Made by a program: the position numbers and the translations under genes
In this document: positions 19,624-28,618 of the stretch, piece after piece
Position numbering within the stretch: the first letter of the stretch is position 1
Layout of the letters: each line of letters begins with the position of its first letter
The notes under the pieces: model-generated
Database searches by the model: none
The model's input: only the letters and a program-made list of their open reading frames with translations
What the model was told of the DNA's origin: nothing
Origin: Phycisphaerae bacterium
Lineage (GTDB): Bacteria; Planctomycetota; Phycisphaerae; UBA1845
Length of the DNA stretch: 64,000 nt
Direction: 5' to 3'
NCBI GenBank assembly: GCA_963666835.2
Contig: CAXXGO010000001.1
Span: 992,001 to 1,056,000 of the forward strand

Positions 19624-20508
19624 TTACTGTGTAGCGTCCTGCTTCTTCTTTGCCGTTAGCAAGACAAGCCCGCGCGCCGCCCGCATGACCGCCGTGGTCA
19701 CACTCCCGAGGACCATGTGGTAAAGCTTTGAACGGCCGTACGCACCCATGACCAGCAAGGTATGCTCAGCCGTGCGACAGACGATCGCGGAGGACGCGTC
19801 GCCGGCATCGTGCTCGAACGCCGCAGTTTGCAGTTCCGGGAACTGATTTCTTGCGTTCTCCCAAAGGGATGAGCAGCGCGCGGGATCCCGTTCAACCGTG
19901 ATCACCGTTATTGGGAGGTCAAGTGCCCGTGAGCAGTCTATACCCGTCCGCAGCACCGCGTCATCAAGTGATTTCCCGCCGTAGGCGACTATGACTCTGT
20001 GCGGCCAGACATAGTGCTCCGGGGTGAGCAGCACCGGCTTATGCGAACGTCGAATAATCAGCTCGGTGTTCGTCCCCAGAAGCCCACCGTGGTCGGACCG
20101 GTGCCCGAGCTTGCCTAACACAAGCAATGAGGCTCGGTTGCTTGCCTCAACCATGCAGTCCGTCACTCGCCCTTGAGCTCGTTCAATAGAGACGGGGTAT
20201 CCGATCTCTCGGGCAGTCTGCTCGATTTGCTGCGCCGTGCGGTTTCCCGCGAGCGTTGCCAGCCTCTCGGCCTCCTCCATGAAATGTCTGAGCGCGTCGC
20301 CGTGCCCTACGAGCATTCCGCAAGATACTATGAAGTCTTCGACGATCAGGCTTTCGACGTTGACAGACGTTCTTCGGGCGATTTCGAGAGCATAACGCAA
20401 CGCCTGAAGGGACCGGGCAGAACCGCCAACGCCAACAAGAAGATGCTGGAACAGGTCTTCGGGTTGGCGATCGCTGCTGCCCGACGCATGGGTTGAGTTC
20501 CTCTGCAT
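19624..20508 (-). CDS. Universal stress protein (tandem USP domains)
   Basis: LLVGVGGS...LLVLGKLG...LGTNTELIIRRSHKPVLL; second domain LLVMGAYGRS...LGSVT. Confidence 0.9.
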   Translation of the reverse strand: MQRNSTHASGSSDRQPEDLFQHLLVGVGGSARSLQALRYALEIARRTSVNVESLIVEDFIVSCGMLVGHGDALRHFMEEAERLATLAGNRTAQQIEQTAREIGYPVSIERAQGRVTDCMVEASNRASLLVLGKLGHRSDHGGLLGTNTELIIRRSHKPVLLTPEHYVWPHRVIVAYGGKSLDDAVLRTGIDCSRALDLPITVITVERDPARCSSLWENARNQFPELQTAAFEHDAGDASSAIVCRTAEHTLLVMGAYGRSKLYHMVLGSVTTAVMRAARGLVLLTAKKKQDATQ

Positions 20509-20759
20509 TGCCTATCGCCTCATAAAACGCCAGGCCTTGGGAACAACCGGCCATCGTAGAGCTCCGCCGGCACTCATTGTCGCGGGAGCCGCTCGCCGAA
20601 TCAATTGGCGTTCCCGATTCCCTGGTCTTCGGCACCGGCTCGCCGGTGCCGGTCGTAGCAGGCGGTGTTCTTGCACCTGCTCAGGTTGGTGGACATACTT
20701 CGCGGTACGGGTAGCCGGGCGGCAATCCACGGCCAGGCGATCTAACACGGGGCGTTCAG

Positions 20760-23258
20760 CTACTCTCCCGGCAACCCGGTCGGGCCGCTAGCCGGCGGCA
20801 TTGGCTCAGCGCTTTCCTCGGCCGCCAACTTACGAGTTGCGTGCTTGTCAGTGCCCGCGGCAGCTTTTCTCCAGTAGCTGCGGGCTCGATCTACCGCCAG
20901 CGCGAGCAAAGTGCTGTCCGGGTACCGGCCGTCGGCCCCCTGCACACCCGCCGGCATGCCGGTCAAGACCTCCAGAGCTTCGTGGATCGTTTTCACGGCG
21001 AAGATGTGGAACGATCCCTGACGACACGCCTCCACAACGTCTTCGCGGACCATCAGGTCACCGGCATTTGCCTCAGGTATGATTACCCCCTGCGTGCCGG
21101 TCATACTGCCATCGTGACAAGCGTCAAAGAAGCCCTCGATCTTCTCATTCACGCCCCCGATGGGCAGGATGTTGCCTACCTGGTCTATCGCTCCAGTCAT
21201 TGCAAGGTCCTGCCGGAGCGGGACGTTTGTCAGGGCACTGAGCAGGCAACATATTTCCGCCCCCGATGCTGAATCGCCGTCGATCCCGCCGTAGCTCTGC
21301 TCAAACGCGATTGACGCGTCGAAGGCCAACGGATGATCCGTTCGCAACAGCCAGCGCAGCAGCCCTCCGAGGATGTAGAAACCCTTGGTGTGAATGGCTC
21401 CGCTAAGCGCCGCTTCGCGCTCAATATTCAGTACACCTGCGCGACCAGGGCCGATGGTGGCGGTAATCCGCGCCGGGAATCCGTAGACTAACGGGCCGGC
21501 GTGCATGATCGCGAGCCCGTTGACCTGCCCGACGGCTTTGCCCTCCGTTTGGATCCGAATCGTACGTTTGGCCAGGAGCTCGCGGAACCGGCGGGCCGGG
21601 AGGTCGGCGCGCCGCTTGCTCCGGCGCACAGCATCGCGGACGTCGTCGGCGTTAACATTGGTGCGATGGGCCTTGCCCGCCAGGAACGACGCCTCGCGAG
21701 CGATGTCCGCCAGGCGACCGAACCTCGCGGTGAGCTTACCTTGTTCGGCGGCTATTCTCGCCCCATGTTCCACCAGCATCGCCACGGCCGTGCGGTCGAA
21801 TGGGTTCAGTTTTTCCTCGCCGGCGATGCGGGCCAGGACTCTGGCGTACTCGTGAATGCCCCGCTCATCTCTGGGAATAGTCGAGTCGAAATCCGCCAGG
21901 ACCTTGAACAGCTCTGAGAAGTCCGGGTCATAGGCATCCAGCAGGTAATACAGATTGAAGGCCCCGAGCAGAATGACCTTGACGTGCACATCGATGGGCT
22001 CAGGCTTCAGCGTGGGACTCGACCAGAACAGCATTCGTTCCTGAGGCGTGATCTCCAGACGTCCGGTTCGCAAGGTGCGTACCAGGACCCTCCAAGCACC
22101 CGGTTCGGTGAGCAGATCGCCTGCCTCTAAGATCAGGTACCCGCCGTCCGCACGAAGCAGGGAGCCGGCACGAATTCCCATGTGGGTCGAGTAAGCTTCT
22201 TCGTCACGCACGTATTCGTAGTCTATAGTGCCCAGGAGATTGCTGATTGAGGGGGTGTTCTGGACGATGATCGGGCACCCTGCGTTCTCCTGATGTGTAA
22301 GGACGACGTTCACCCGATAAAGCCTGGTGAACTCTACGGCCTTGTCCAGCATGACCAAGCGGTTGGTCACGACATCCTCGATGAGCTCGTTCAGAAACGT
22401 GCGAACCGGCGGTTGCTCGAAGTCCTTCTCGATACGATGTACCGATTGAATCAGTATTGACCGCGCTGATTTCTCCAGCAATTCCCGAACGGCCTCCTGG
22501 TACTTCTGTCGAATCTCGTTGGTCTTTTCCCCGATCTCGGATAGTTGTTTCTTAAACTGCTCGAAAGCTTCATGCACGGCCTGATGCTGGTCGTCAGGTA
22601 TCTTGCCCTGGGCATGTAACTGCTCGAATTCCTCAGGTGGAACGGGTTTGCCATCGACCAGCGGGAAGATCGCCGGCTGGGCTACGGGACCGGCCTGGAG
22701 CATCACTACGCTAAGGCCGGCGGCGCGCAAGGCTTCCTCAAAGGGCTTGGTAACACGCTCGAAATCACTTTGAGATGACCTCTCCAGAGCGGCTTGGCGC
22801 GCTTTGACGCCTTCCGAGGCCAGAGCAGCCGCAAGGTTGTCCCGAACAAACTCGATGACTTTGTCCACCCGCCGCCGAAACTCCTCCCCCTTGCCACGGG
22901 GCAGAGTGATGAGCCGTGGCCTATCGGGCTGGGCGAAGTCGTGCACATAACAGCGGTCCATCGCCAGTGGACATGTCGGTTTAATGTCCTCCATCATTCG
23001 CTTCAGTAAGGTCATTCGCCCCGTACCGGTAAGTCCTCGCACGAACACGTTCTGACCCGGAGCGTTCGTCTCAAGTCCAAACCGCAAGGCCTCGATGGCG
23101 TCGTCCTGACCCACGATGCCGACCATCGGCTCAACCTCCTTCGTTGAGCCGAATGGCAGGGCGGTGGGATCACAGCGCCATCGGACCGCTCCGGCCGGTA
23201 GTGGCCTCACGCGGTTCTGGTTCGATGCACCGATTGTCCCGTTCTCTGGTGTTGCCAT
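20760..23258 (-). CDS. Lon-like (LonC/AAA_32) S16 protease
   Basis: GQDDAIEAL, degenerate Walker A GLTGTGRMT, long coiled coil, GSLLRADGGYL, catalytic DGDSAS and GGVNEKIEG; AAGGAGG RBS before ATG 23258. Confidence 0.9.
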   Translation of the reverse strand: MATPENGTIGASNQNRVRPLPAGAVRWRCDPTALPFGSTKEVEPMVGIVGQDDAIEALRFGLETNAPGQNVFVRGLTGTGRMTLLKRMMEDIKPTCPLAMDRCYVHDFAQPDRPRLITLPRGKGEEFRRRVDKVIEFVRDNLAAALASEGVKARQAALERSSQSDFERVTKPFEEALRAAGLSVVMLQAGPVAQPAIFPLVDGKPVPPEEFEQLHAQGKIPDDQHQAVHEAFEQFKKQLSEIGEKTNEIRQKYQEAVRELLEKSARSILIQSVHRIEKDFEQPPVRTFLNELIEDVVTNRLVMLDKAVEFTRLYRVNVVLTHQENAGCPIIVQNTPSISNLLGTIDYEYVRDEEAYSTHMGIRAGSLLRADGGYLILEAGDLLTEPGAWRVLVRTLRTGRLEITPQERMLFWSSPTLKPEPIDVHVKVILLGAFNLYYLLDAYDPDFSELFKVLADFDSTIPRDERGIHEYARVLARIAGEEKLNPFDRTAVAMLVEHGARIAAEQGKLTARFGRLADIAREASFLAGKAHRTNVNADDVRDAVRRSKRRADLPARRFRELLAKRTIRIQTEGKAVGQVNGLAIMHAGPLVYGFPARITATIGPGRAGVLNIEREAALSGAIHTKGFYILGGLLRWLLRTDHPLAFDASIAFEQSYGGIDGDSASGAEICCLLSALTNVPLRQDLAMTGAIDQVGNILPIGGVNEKIEGFFDACHDGSMTGTQGVIIPEANAGDLMVREDVVEACRQGSFHIFAVKTIHEALEVLTGMPAGVQGADGRYPDSTLLALAVDRARSYWRKAAAGTDKHATRKLAAEESAEPMPPASGPTGLPGE

Positions 23259-23673
23259 GAGAGCATCCTCCTTAAGACGCCTGTCTTTGTGGGGCCACCA
23301 TGAGCCGCCTGGTATTCCCAATGTAACACCGCCGAGCAGATTAGCGAAGGCCTAGAGCGGGCTTTGCGGACTGTAAATGGCTCGGATTCCGGGAAGCGCG
23401 GCACGATTTTGCCGAAAGAGCTTCCGCGCCGCGCATTTAGGTCGCCCCGACGTGGCCGAATTCCTTGTGCCCTACGGTCTCGCTCACGCGGACCCGCCAG
23501 TTCGTGCCGGCGATGTCGTTCGCAGTCAGGTGTGCAGATGGCTTGATATCGTTGACCCATCGTGGCCCGAGAGCGTTTCCGCACCCCCTTGCCACCGATC
23601 GCGGATGACCTATGCTGCCACCTTGCTCGGATTGTCGTCTCCAGAATCAGTGACTCGTTGAAAGGAACCACCG

Positions 23674-24264
23674 ATGTCTTTCACCCTCCCCGATCTTCCG
23701 TACGAAAAGAGCGCCCTTGAGCCACACATCAGCGCGGAGACGCTCGAGTTTCATCATGGCAAGCACCACAATGCCTACGTCACGAACTTGAACAAGCTGA
23801 TCACCGGGACGCCGCACGAGCAGAAGCCGCTGGAGGACATTATCAGTGCCAGCGAGGGGGGCATATTCAACAACGCTGCGCAAGTGTGGAACCACACGTT
23901 CTACTGGAACAGCCTCAGGCCAGGTGGCGGCGGTAAACCAACGGGCCCACTGGGCGACGCGATCAAGCGCGACTTCGGCTCGTTCGCCAAGTTCAAGGAG
24001 GCGTTTGCGGAAGCTGCTGCCACGCAATTCGGATCCGGTTGGGCCTGGCTAGTCTTGGATGGTGGCAAACTGCAGGTGACGAAGACAGCCAACGCAGACC
24101 TGCCGATGAAGCACGGGCAGACCGCCTTGCTCACCATCGATGTGTGGGAACATGCCTACTACGTCGATTACCGAAACGCTCGGCCGCAGTATATCGATGC
24201 CGTGATCACAAACTTGCTTAACTGGAATTCCGCGGCCAGCAACTTCGAAAGAGCAAGCGCCTAA
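23674..24264 (+). CDS. sodB: Superoxide dismutase [Fe]
   Basis: LPDLPY..ALEPHIS, HHGKHH, Fe-type FNNAAQVWNH, FGSGWAWL, DVWEHAYY. Confidence 0.95.
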   Translation: MSFTLPDLPYEKSALEPHISAETLEFHHGKHHNAYVTNLNKLITGTPHEQKPLEDIISASEGGIFNNAAQVWNHTFYWNSLRPGGGGKPTGPLGDAIKRDFGSFAKFKEAFAEAAATQFGSGWAWLVLDGGKLQVTKTANADLPMKHGQTALLTIDVWEHAYYVDYRNARPQYIDAVITNLLNWNSAASNFERASA

Positions 24265-24424
24265 CGCCGTATCGAGACTGTTGATGACGGAGTAGTGTTG
24301 CTATCTCTTGCCATCAAAAGGGCATGCGGCGACTAAGTACACCGACATGATGGAGACCGGCACGTCGACATGCGCCCTCGGGCGCGATGAAAGGCGTGTG
24401 CCCGCTACTCTCACCCCTTTGGGG

Positions 24425-24760
24425 CTAGTCCAGGCTCATCCGCCGGCGGTCTACCTTCATCGTTCGAGTATCGAAACCGACGTAAGGGCCCTCGCTACCA
24501 CGTTTCGAGTAGTACCATTGCGTACTGACCTGCGTTACCTTGATGTCAACCGGTTCGTCCAAGATCGACAGGATCTCAGCCGGATCCATGCCGTTCTTGA
24601 TTTGCTGCCATCCGATCGTGTATCCAGGCTCCGGTCGTTCGCTTTCCGCCTGTGCCCCCTCGTCGTAGCGAGGTCCAGCCTGCTGGCACGCCCCGATCAG
24701 CATCGCACCGACGCATAACCCACAAATACGTTGCCCTGTGAGTTTGCACGCTGTCGACAT
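24425..24760 (-). CDS. Small lipoprotein with SmpA/BamE-like domain
   Basis: Lipobox LIGAC; WQQIKNGMDPAEILSILDEP...WYY pattern. Confidence 0.65.
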   Translation of the reverse strand: MSTACKLTGQRICGLCVGAMLIGACQQAGPRYDEGAQAESERPEPGYTIGWQQIKNGMDPAEILSILDEPVDIKVTQVSTQWYYSKRGSEGPYVGFDTRTMKVDRRRMSLD

Positions 24761-24818
24761 GACTAAGTGAAGTGCTCACAACCTCTGAAGGTGGATCGGC
24801 AGCCCTACCGCGGCGAAT

Positions 24819-26060
24819 TCAGACTCTGAAGATATTCTCAATTGCGCTACGTAGCTTCTGTTTGAAAGTTGTTCCTGTCTTTCTTGTCTTTCCGAGTAGC
24901 TCCCGGGCCCATAAGAACTCCGTGCCCAGTATAGCCAAGCCGGCCGGGATTATGATAATTGCCGGCCCCGGCAGAACTACCATCGCAATCCCGACAATCA
25001 GTACGCTTGCGCCAGTTAGAACAACTACGATACGACGAGCCTGCTTCCAGGAGTATTCAGCCAAGTTCTCCAGATCGTCTGCTATCGGTGACACAAGGGC
25101 GGCGCTGTCCCGATGACCCGCCAGGATTGACGCCAGGACTCCGACGCCGAGTATTCCGCCGATAATGCTCAGCGAGACTATCGTCGGTATTGGATAGTGG
25201 TGGGCCAGCAGCATCTTCACTCCGACGAAAGCGAGAAGGAACACGAGACTGGTCTTCAGGTACCGAAACCTGTCCATAACGCCGGCGAGCACGAAGTAGA
25301 GAGATCTTAGGCCCAGGATCGCGAACACGTTCGAGGTGAACACGAGGAACGGATCCCGCGTGACGGCGAAAATGGCGGGGATTGAGTCCACCGCGAACAG
25401 AACGTCGGTGCTTTCTACGACCAGCAGTACAAGCAGCAACGGTGTGACCGCACGCTGCCCGCCGATTCGCGTGAAGAATCTCTGTCCGTCCAGTCCAGTG
25501 CTAACCGGGTACATTCTCCGCGCCAGCCGGACCAGCGGGTTTCGGTCAGGCTCCAGGTTGTCGTGACGGACCACAAGAAGCTTGACCGCTGTGGCGATCA
25601 GCAAAGCACCAAAGACATAGGTGATCCACGCGAAGCGGTGAATAAGTACCGTGCCGGCCGCGATCATGCCCCCGCGCATGACCAGGGCCCCGAGGATGCC
25701 CCAGAAGAGCACGCGGTGCTGATAAGTGGCTGGAATGCGAAAATAGGAGAAGATCAAGGCGATGACGAAGATGTTGTCCAGGCTGAGCGACTTTTCCACC
25801 ACGTAACCGGTGAAGAACTGAAGCGCAGCTTGTCCGCCGGTGAGCTCGTAGCCGATCGCTTGGCCTACGCCCAGGACGTGATGCTCATACATCCAGTAGA
25901 CGCCGGCATTGAACAGCATGGCGAGGATCACCCATACCGTCGTCCACACCGCTGCCTCAGAAACGGTTAGGGCGTGGGTCTTGCGGTGAAAGACGCCGAG
26001 GTCCAGGGCCAGCAACGCCAGCACAAAGGCCACAAAGCCGACCCATAGCCAAATGGTCAC
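24819..26060 (-). CDS. TerC/Alx family membrane protein with C-terminal PGPGW-like domain
   Basis: LALDLG, EKSLSLDNIFV, QHRVLFWGILGA, DVLFAVDSIPA, FTSNVFAILGLR; extension VLPGPAIIIIPAGLAILGTEF; GGGAGG RBS. Confidence 0.92.
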   Translation of the reverse strand: MTIWLWVGFVAFVLALLALDLGVFHRKTHALTVSEAAVWTTVWVILAMLFNAGVYWMYEHHVLGVGQAIGYELTGGQAALQFFTGYVVEKSLSLDNIFVIALIFSYFRIPATYQHRVLFWGILGALVMRGGMIAAGTVLIHRFAWITYVFGALLIATAVKLLVVRHDNLEPDRNPLVRLARRMYPVSTGLDGQRFFTRIGGQRAVTPLLLVLLVVESTDVLFAVDSIPAIFAVTRDPFLVFTSNVFAILGLRSLYFVLAGVMDRFRYLKTSLVFLLAFVGVKMLLAHHYPIPTIVSLSIIGGILGVGVLASILAGHRDSAALVSPIADDLENLAEYSWKQARRIVVVLTGASVLIVGIAMVVLPGPAIIIIPAGLAILGTEFLWARELLGKTRKTGTTFKQKLRSAIENIFRV

Positions 26061-26411
26061 CTGTTGTGCCTCCCTGTCGCAACCTTCGATTACGCTCTGC
26101 TCGCTGGGGCGCCCAGTTTATTCCTACCGGTGTCCAATCGAGCGGCCCCACCTGAGCAACGCCGATCGAAAGCCGGTTGGGCCTTTTGTCGGTTGCGCCG
26201 CGCAGTGGGCTCGAACTGGTGCCGCGACCCGCGGCGGCCAGTGCAGACAATCGCTAGCCCGATTGAGAGATCTCCCCGCACGCCCGTTACGTCAGCCGCG
26301 CCCACATATCGCTGGCCGTCGTGACTCGACAAACCGGGTTCGGGCAGGCATTATATAGCGTCTCGGGTGGATCGACACAGGTACTCAAACGGCCGAGCAG
26401 GAGATTGAACG

Positions 26412-27536
26412 GTGTCTGACCAACTGAGCCGTGCCCAGTTTCCGGATGACGAAAGCAGCAGCGACCTTCAAATGCCCCTGCTTGATGGCGCCACTGCGCA
26501 GGCAGCACCCATTTCGGCCGATCTCGATACGCAGCGAGTCAGGGCGGCCGACCCAGGCCAGCCGCTTTCGGATCGCCTCGAGGCGTACGAAGACATCATA
26601 GACTCCGAGGTCGGCGATACTCGCCTGGCGCGCGCCCGCAACGTGGAACGGGAAGTGGGCCTGCGGCAGATCTACCTGAAGTTCGAAGGGGGCAATCCGT
26701 CCGGGACGCAAAAAGACCGCATTGCATTCGCTCAGACTATGGACGCCGTACGCCGCGGATTCGATGCCATCACGGTGGCGACTTGCGGAAACTACGGCGT
26801 AGCCATTGCCCTGGCTGCGTCGCTGGCGGGGGTCAGATGCGTTCTCTACATTCCTGACGGCTACCGGACGCGTCGCTTCAGGGAGCTTGAGGCCTTGGGG
26901 GCCGAGATCGTCCGGGCGCGAGGCGATTACGAGAGCGCCGTCCTGGAATCACGACAACGGGCCGAGCGTGAGGAGCTGTATGACGCCAACCCCGGCGGCG
27001 CTAACACCGATTTGCAGTTGCGTGCGTATGGTGAGATAGCCCACGAGATTTATGACGAGCTGCGCGACGCCCCGGCTGCGGTAGCCGTTCCCGTCTCCAA
27101 TGGTACGACGCTGGCCGGCATCTACCGGGGCTTCGTCAGCTTGTATCGACGCGGCAAGACGTCGCGCATACCGCGCATGGTAGCGGGCTCGTCGTTCGGC
27201 AAGAACCCCATTATTACCTCGTTTCTGAAGAACGCCGCCAAGTGTACGGACCTGGCGCCCGAACGCATCCGGGAAACCCGGGTCAACGAACCTCTGATCA
27301 ACTGGCACTCGATTGATGGGGACCTTGCGCTGGAGGCGGTTCGGGCCAGCAATGGCTGGGCCGCCAATGCCAGCGACAAGGTGATGCTCAGTTTCTCGAA
27401 GACCTTGCGTGAGCGGGAGGGGCTTAGCGTGTTGCCGGCTTCGACGGCCGGATTGAGCGTGCTGGTCGGGCGACATCAGAAAGAGCCTCTGCCCGGTGAC
27501 CGGTACGTCGTGGTCCTAACCGGAAAGAAATCATGA
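26412..27536 (+). CDS. PLP-dependent fold-type II enzyme (threonine synthase-like)
   Basis: YLKFEGGNPSGTQKDR (PLP Lys), ATCGNYG, VPVSNGTTL, VVVLTG. Confidence 0.85.
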   Translation: MSDQLSRAQFPDDESSSDLQMPLLDGATAQAAPISADLDTQRVRAADPGQPLSDRLEAYEDIIDSEVGDTRLARARNVEREVGLRQIYLKFEGGNPSGTQKDRIAFAQTMDAVRRGFDAITVATCGNYGVAIALAASLAGVRCVLYIPDGYRTRRFRELEALGAEIVRARGDYESAVLESRQRAEREELYDANPGGANTDLQLRAYGEIAHEIYDELRDAPAAVAVPVSNGTTLAGIYRGFVSLYRRGKTSRIPRMVAGSSFGKNPIITSFLKNAAKCTDLAPERIRETRVNEPLINWHSIDGDLALEAVRASNGWAANASDKVMLSFSKTLREREGLSVLPASTAGLSVLVGRHQKEPLPGDRYVVVLTGKKS

Positions 27537-28618
27537 CCCAGTTCCCGGAAGGCAATGCGATCGTCTATTGTGAGGGGGCGTTCGGAACCACAAATGGCAA
27601 GACAGCTCACGGGTTGGTTCGGCGCACTGAGCGCTACCGGTTGTTGAGCGTCGTGGACTCCAGACGCGCGGGCGCCGATGCCGGTGAGCTCCTGGACGGG
27701 CGGCACAACGGACTCCCGATCGCGCCCGACATATCGGGTGCCGTGGAGTCAGCCAAGAAGAACGGTCATCGGGCGACGCACTTGGTGATCGGTCTGGCAC
27801 CCGACGGGGGCCGGCTCTCGCTCGAAGCCCATAACGATGTCATGGCCGCGATAAGGCTCGGGCTGAACGTCGATTGCGGCCTGCACGACTTCCTGACGGA
27901 GGACCCCATCATGAGCGAGCTTGCCCGGGCCCATGGGGTGACCCTTCGGGACGTGCGCAAGACGCCGCCGCGAAGCGAACTTCACTTCTTCAGCGGCAGA
28001 ATCGAGCAGGTGCGATCGTTGAAGGTTGCTATGCTGGGGACGGATTCGGCTGTTGGTAAGCGTACGACGGCCTGGAGGATCATCGACGGTCTGCGCGAGG
28101 CGGGCTATACGGCCGAACTCGTGGGCACGGGCCAGACGGCTTGGATGCAGGGAGCGCGATACTCGATCATCATGGATTCGCTCATCAACGATTTCGTGGC
28201 CGGCGAGATCGAGCACGCCGTCTGGAGTGCGTGGGACGATGTGCATCCGGACGTGATCGTGATTGAAGGCCAGGGCAGCTTGATGAACCCGGCCTACCCC
28301 GGTGGCTACGAGATCCTCGCAGCGGGTCGACCGGACGTGGTGATCATGCAGCACGCCCCGGCACGGAAAGAGTACGACGGATTCCCCGGTTATCCCATGC
28401 ACCCGATCGAGAAGCAGATTCAAGCGATTGAGCTGATCTCCGAGAAACCGGTCGTGGCGATCACTGTCAACCATGAGAACTTGAATGACACGGAGTTGCG
28501 TAGGGCATGCGTGGAGCTGCATGACCGTACCGGCCTTCCGGCGTGCGACGTATTGAAGGAGGGGCCTTCTGCAATCGTGGAAGTGCTTAAGTCGCGGCTG
28601 AGGAAAGAGGCAACGTGA
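27533..28618 (+). CDS. DUF1611 family protein (DgcN-like)
   Basis: GKTAHGLVR, GLHDFL, GTDSAVGKRTT P-loop, GTGQT, DFVAGEIE, IEGQGSL; ATGA overlap with the upstream gene. Confidence 0.88.
   Translation: MTQFPEGNAIVYCEGAFGTTNGKTAHGLVRRTERYRLLSVVDSRRAGADAGELLDGRHNGLPIAPDISGAVESAKKNGHRATHLVIGLAPDGGRLSLEAHNDVMAAIRLGLNVDCGLHDFLTEDPIMSELARAHGVTLRDVRKTPPRSELHFFSGRIEQVRSLKVAMLGTDSAVGKRTTAWRIIDGLREAGYTAELVGTGQTAWMQGARYSIIMDSLINDFVAGEIEHAVWSAWDDVHPDVIVIEGQGSLMNPAYPGGYEILAAGRPDVVIMQHAPARKEYDGFPGYPMHPIEKQIQAIELISEKPVVAITVNHENLNDTELRRACVELHDRTGLPACDVLKEGPSAIVEVLKSRLRKEAT

Noticed and set aside
20512..20748. 78-aa ORF between the Lon-like protease and USP genes
   Set aside because: Arg/Pro-rich, with no family motif or clear RBS; cannot be supported.
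20760..23258. Walker A Lys-to-Arg change (GTGRMT) as a sign of pseudogenisation
   Set aside because: A degenerate ATPase site is a normal feature of LonC-type proteases, and the Ser-Lys dyad is intact.
23399..23413. Sigma-54-like GGCACGATTTTGC upstream of sodB
   Set aside because: GG-to-GC spacing is 9 nt, not the required 10.
24265..24425. yybP-ykoY-like words (GAGTAGC, CGTCATC, GGCAAG) on the minus strand near terC/sodB
   Set aside because: The elements are in the wrong order and lie between convergent gene ends, not in a leader.
26104..26138. Possible further copy of the two-box motif (ACCGGTGTCCAAT)
   Set aside because: No matching box 1 at 22-bp spacing.
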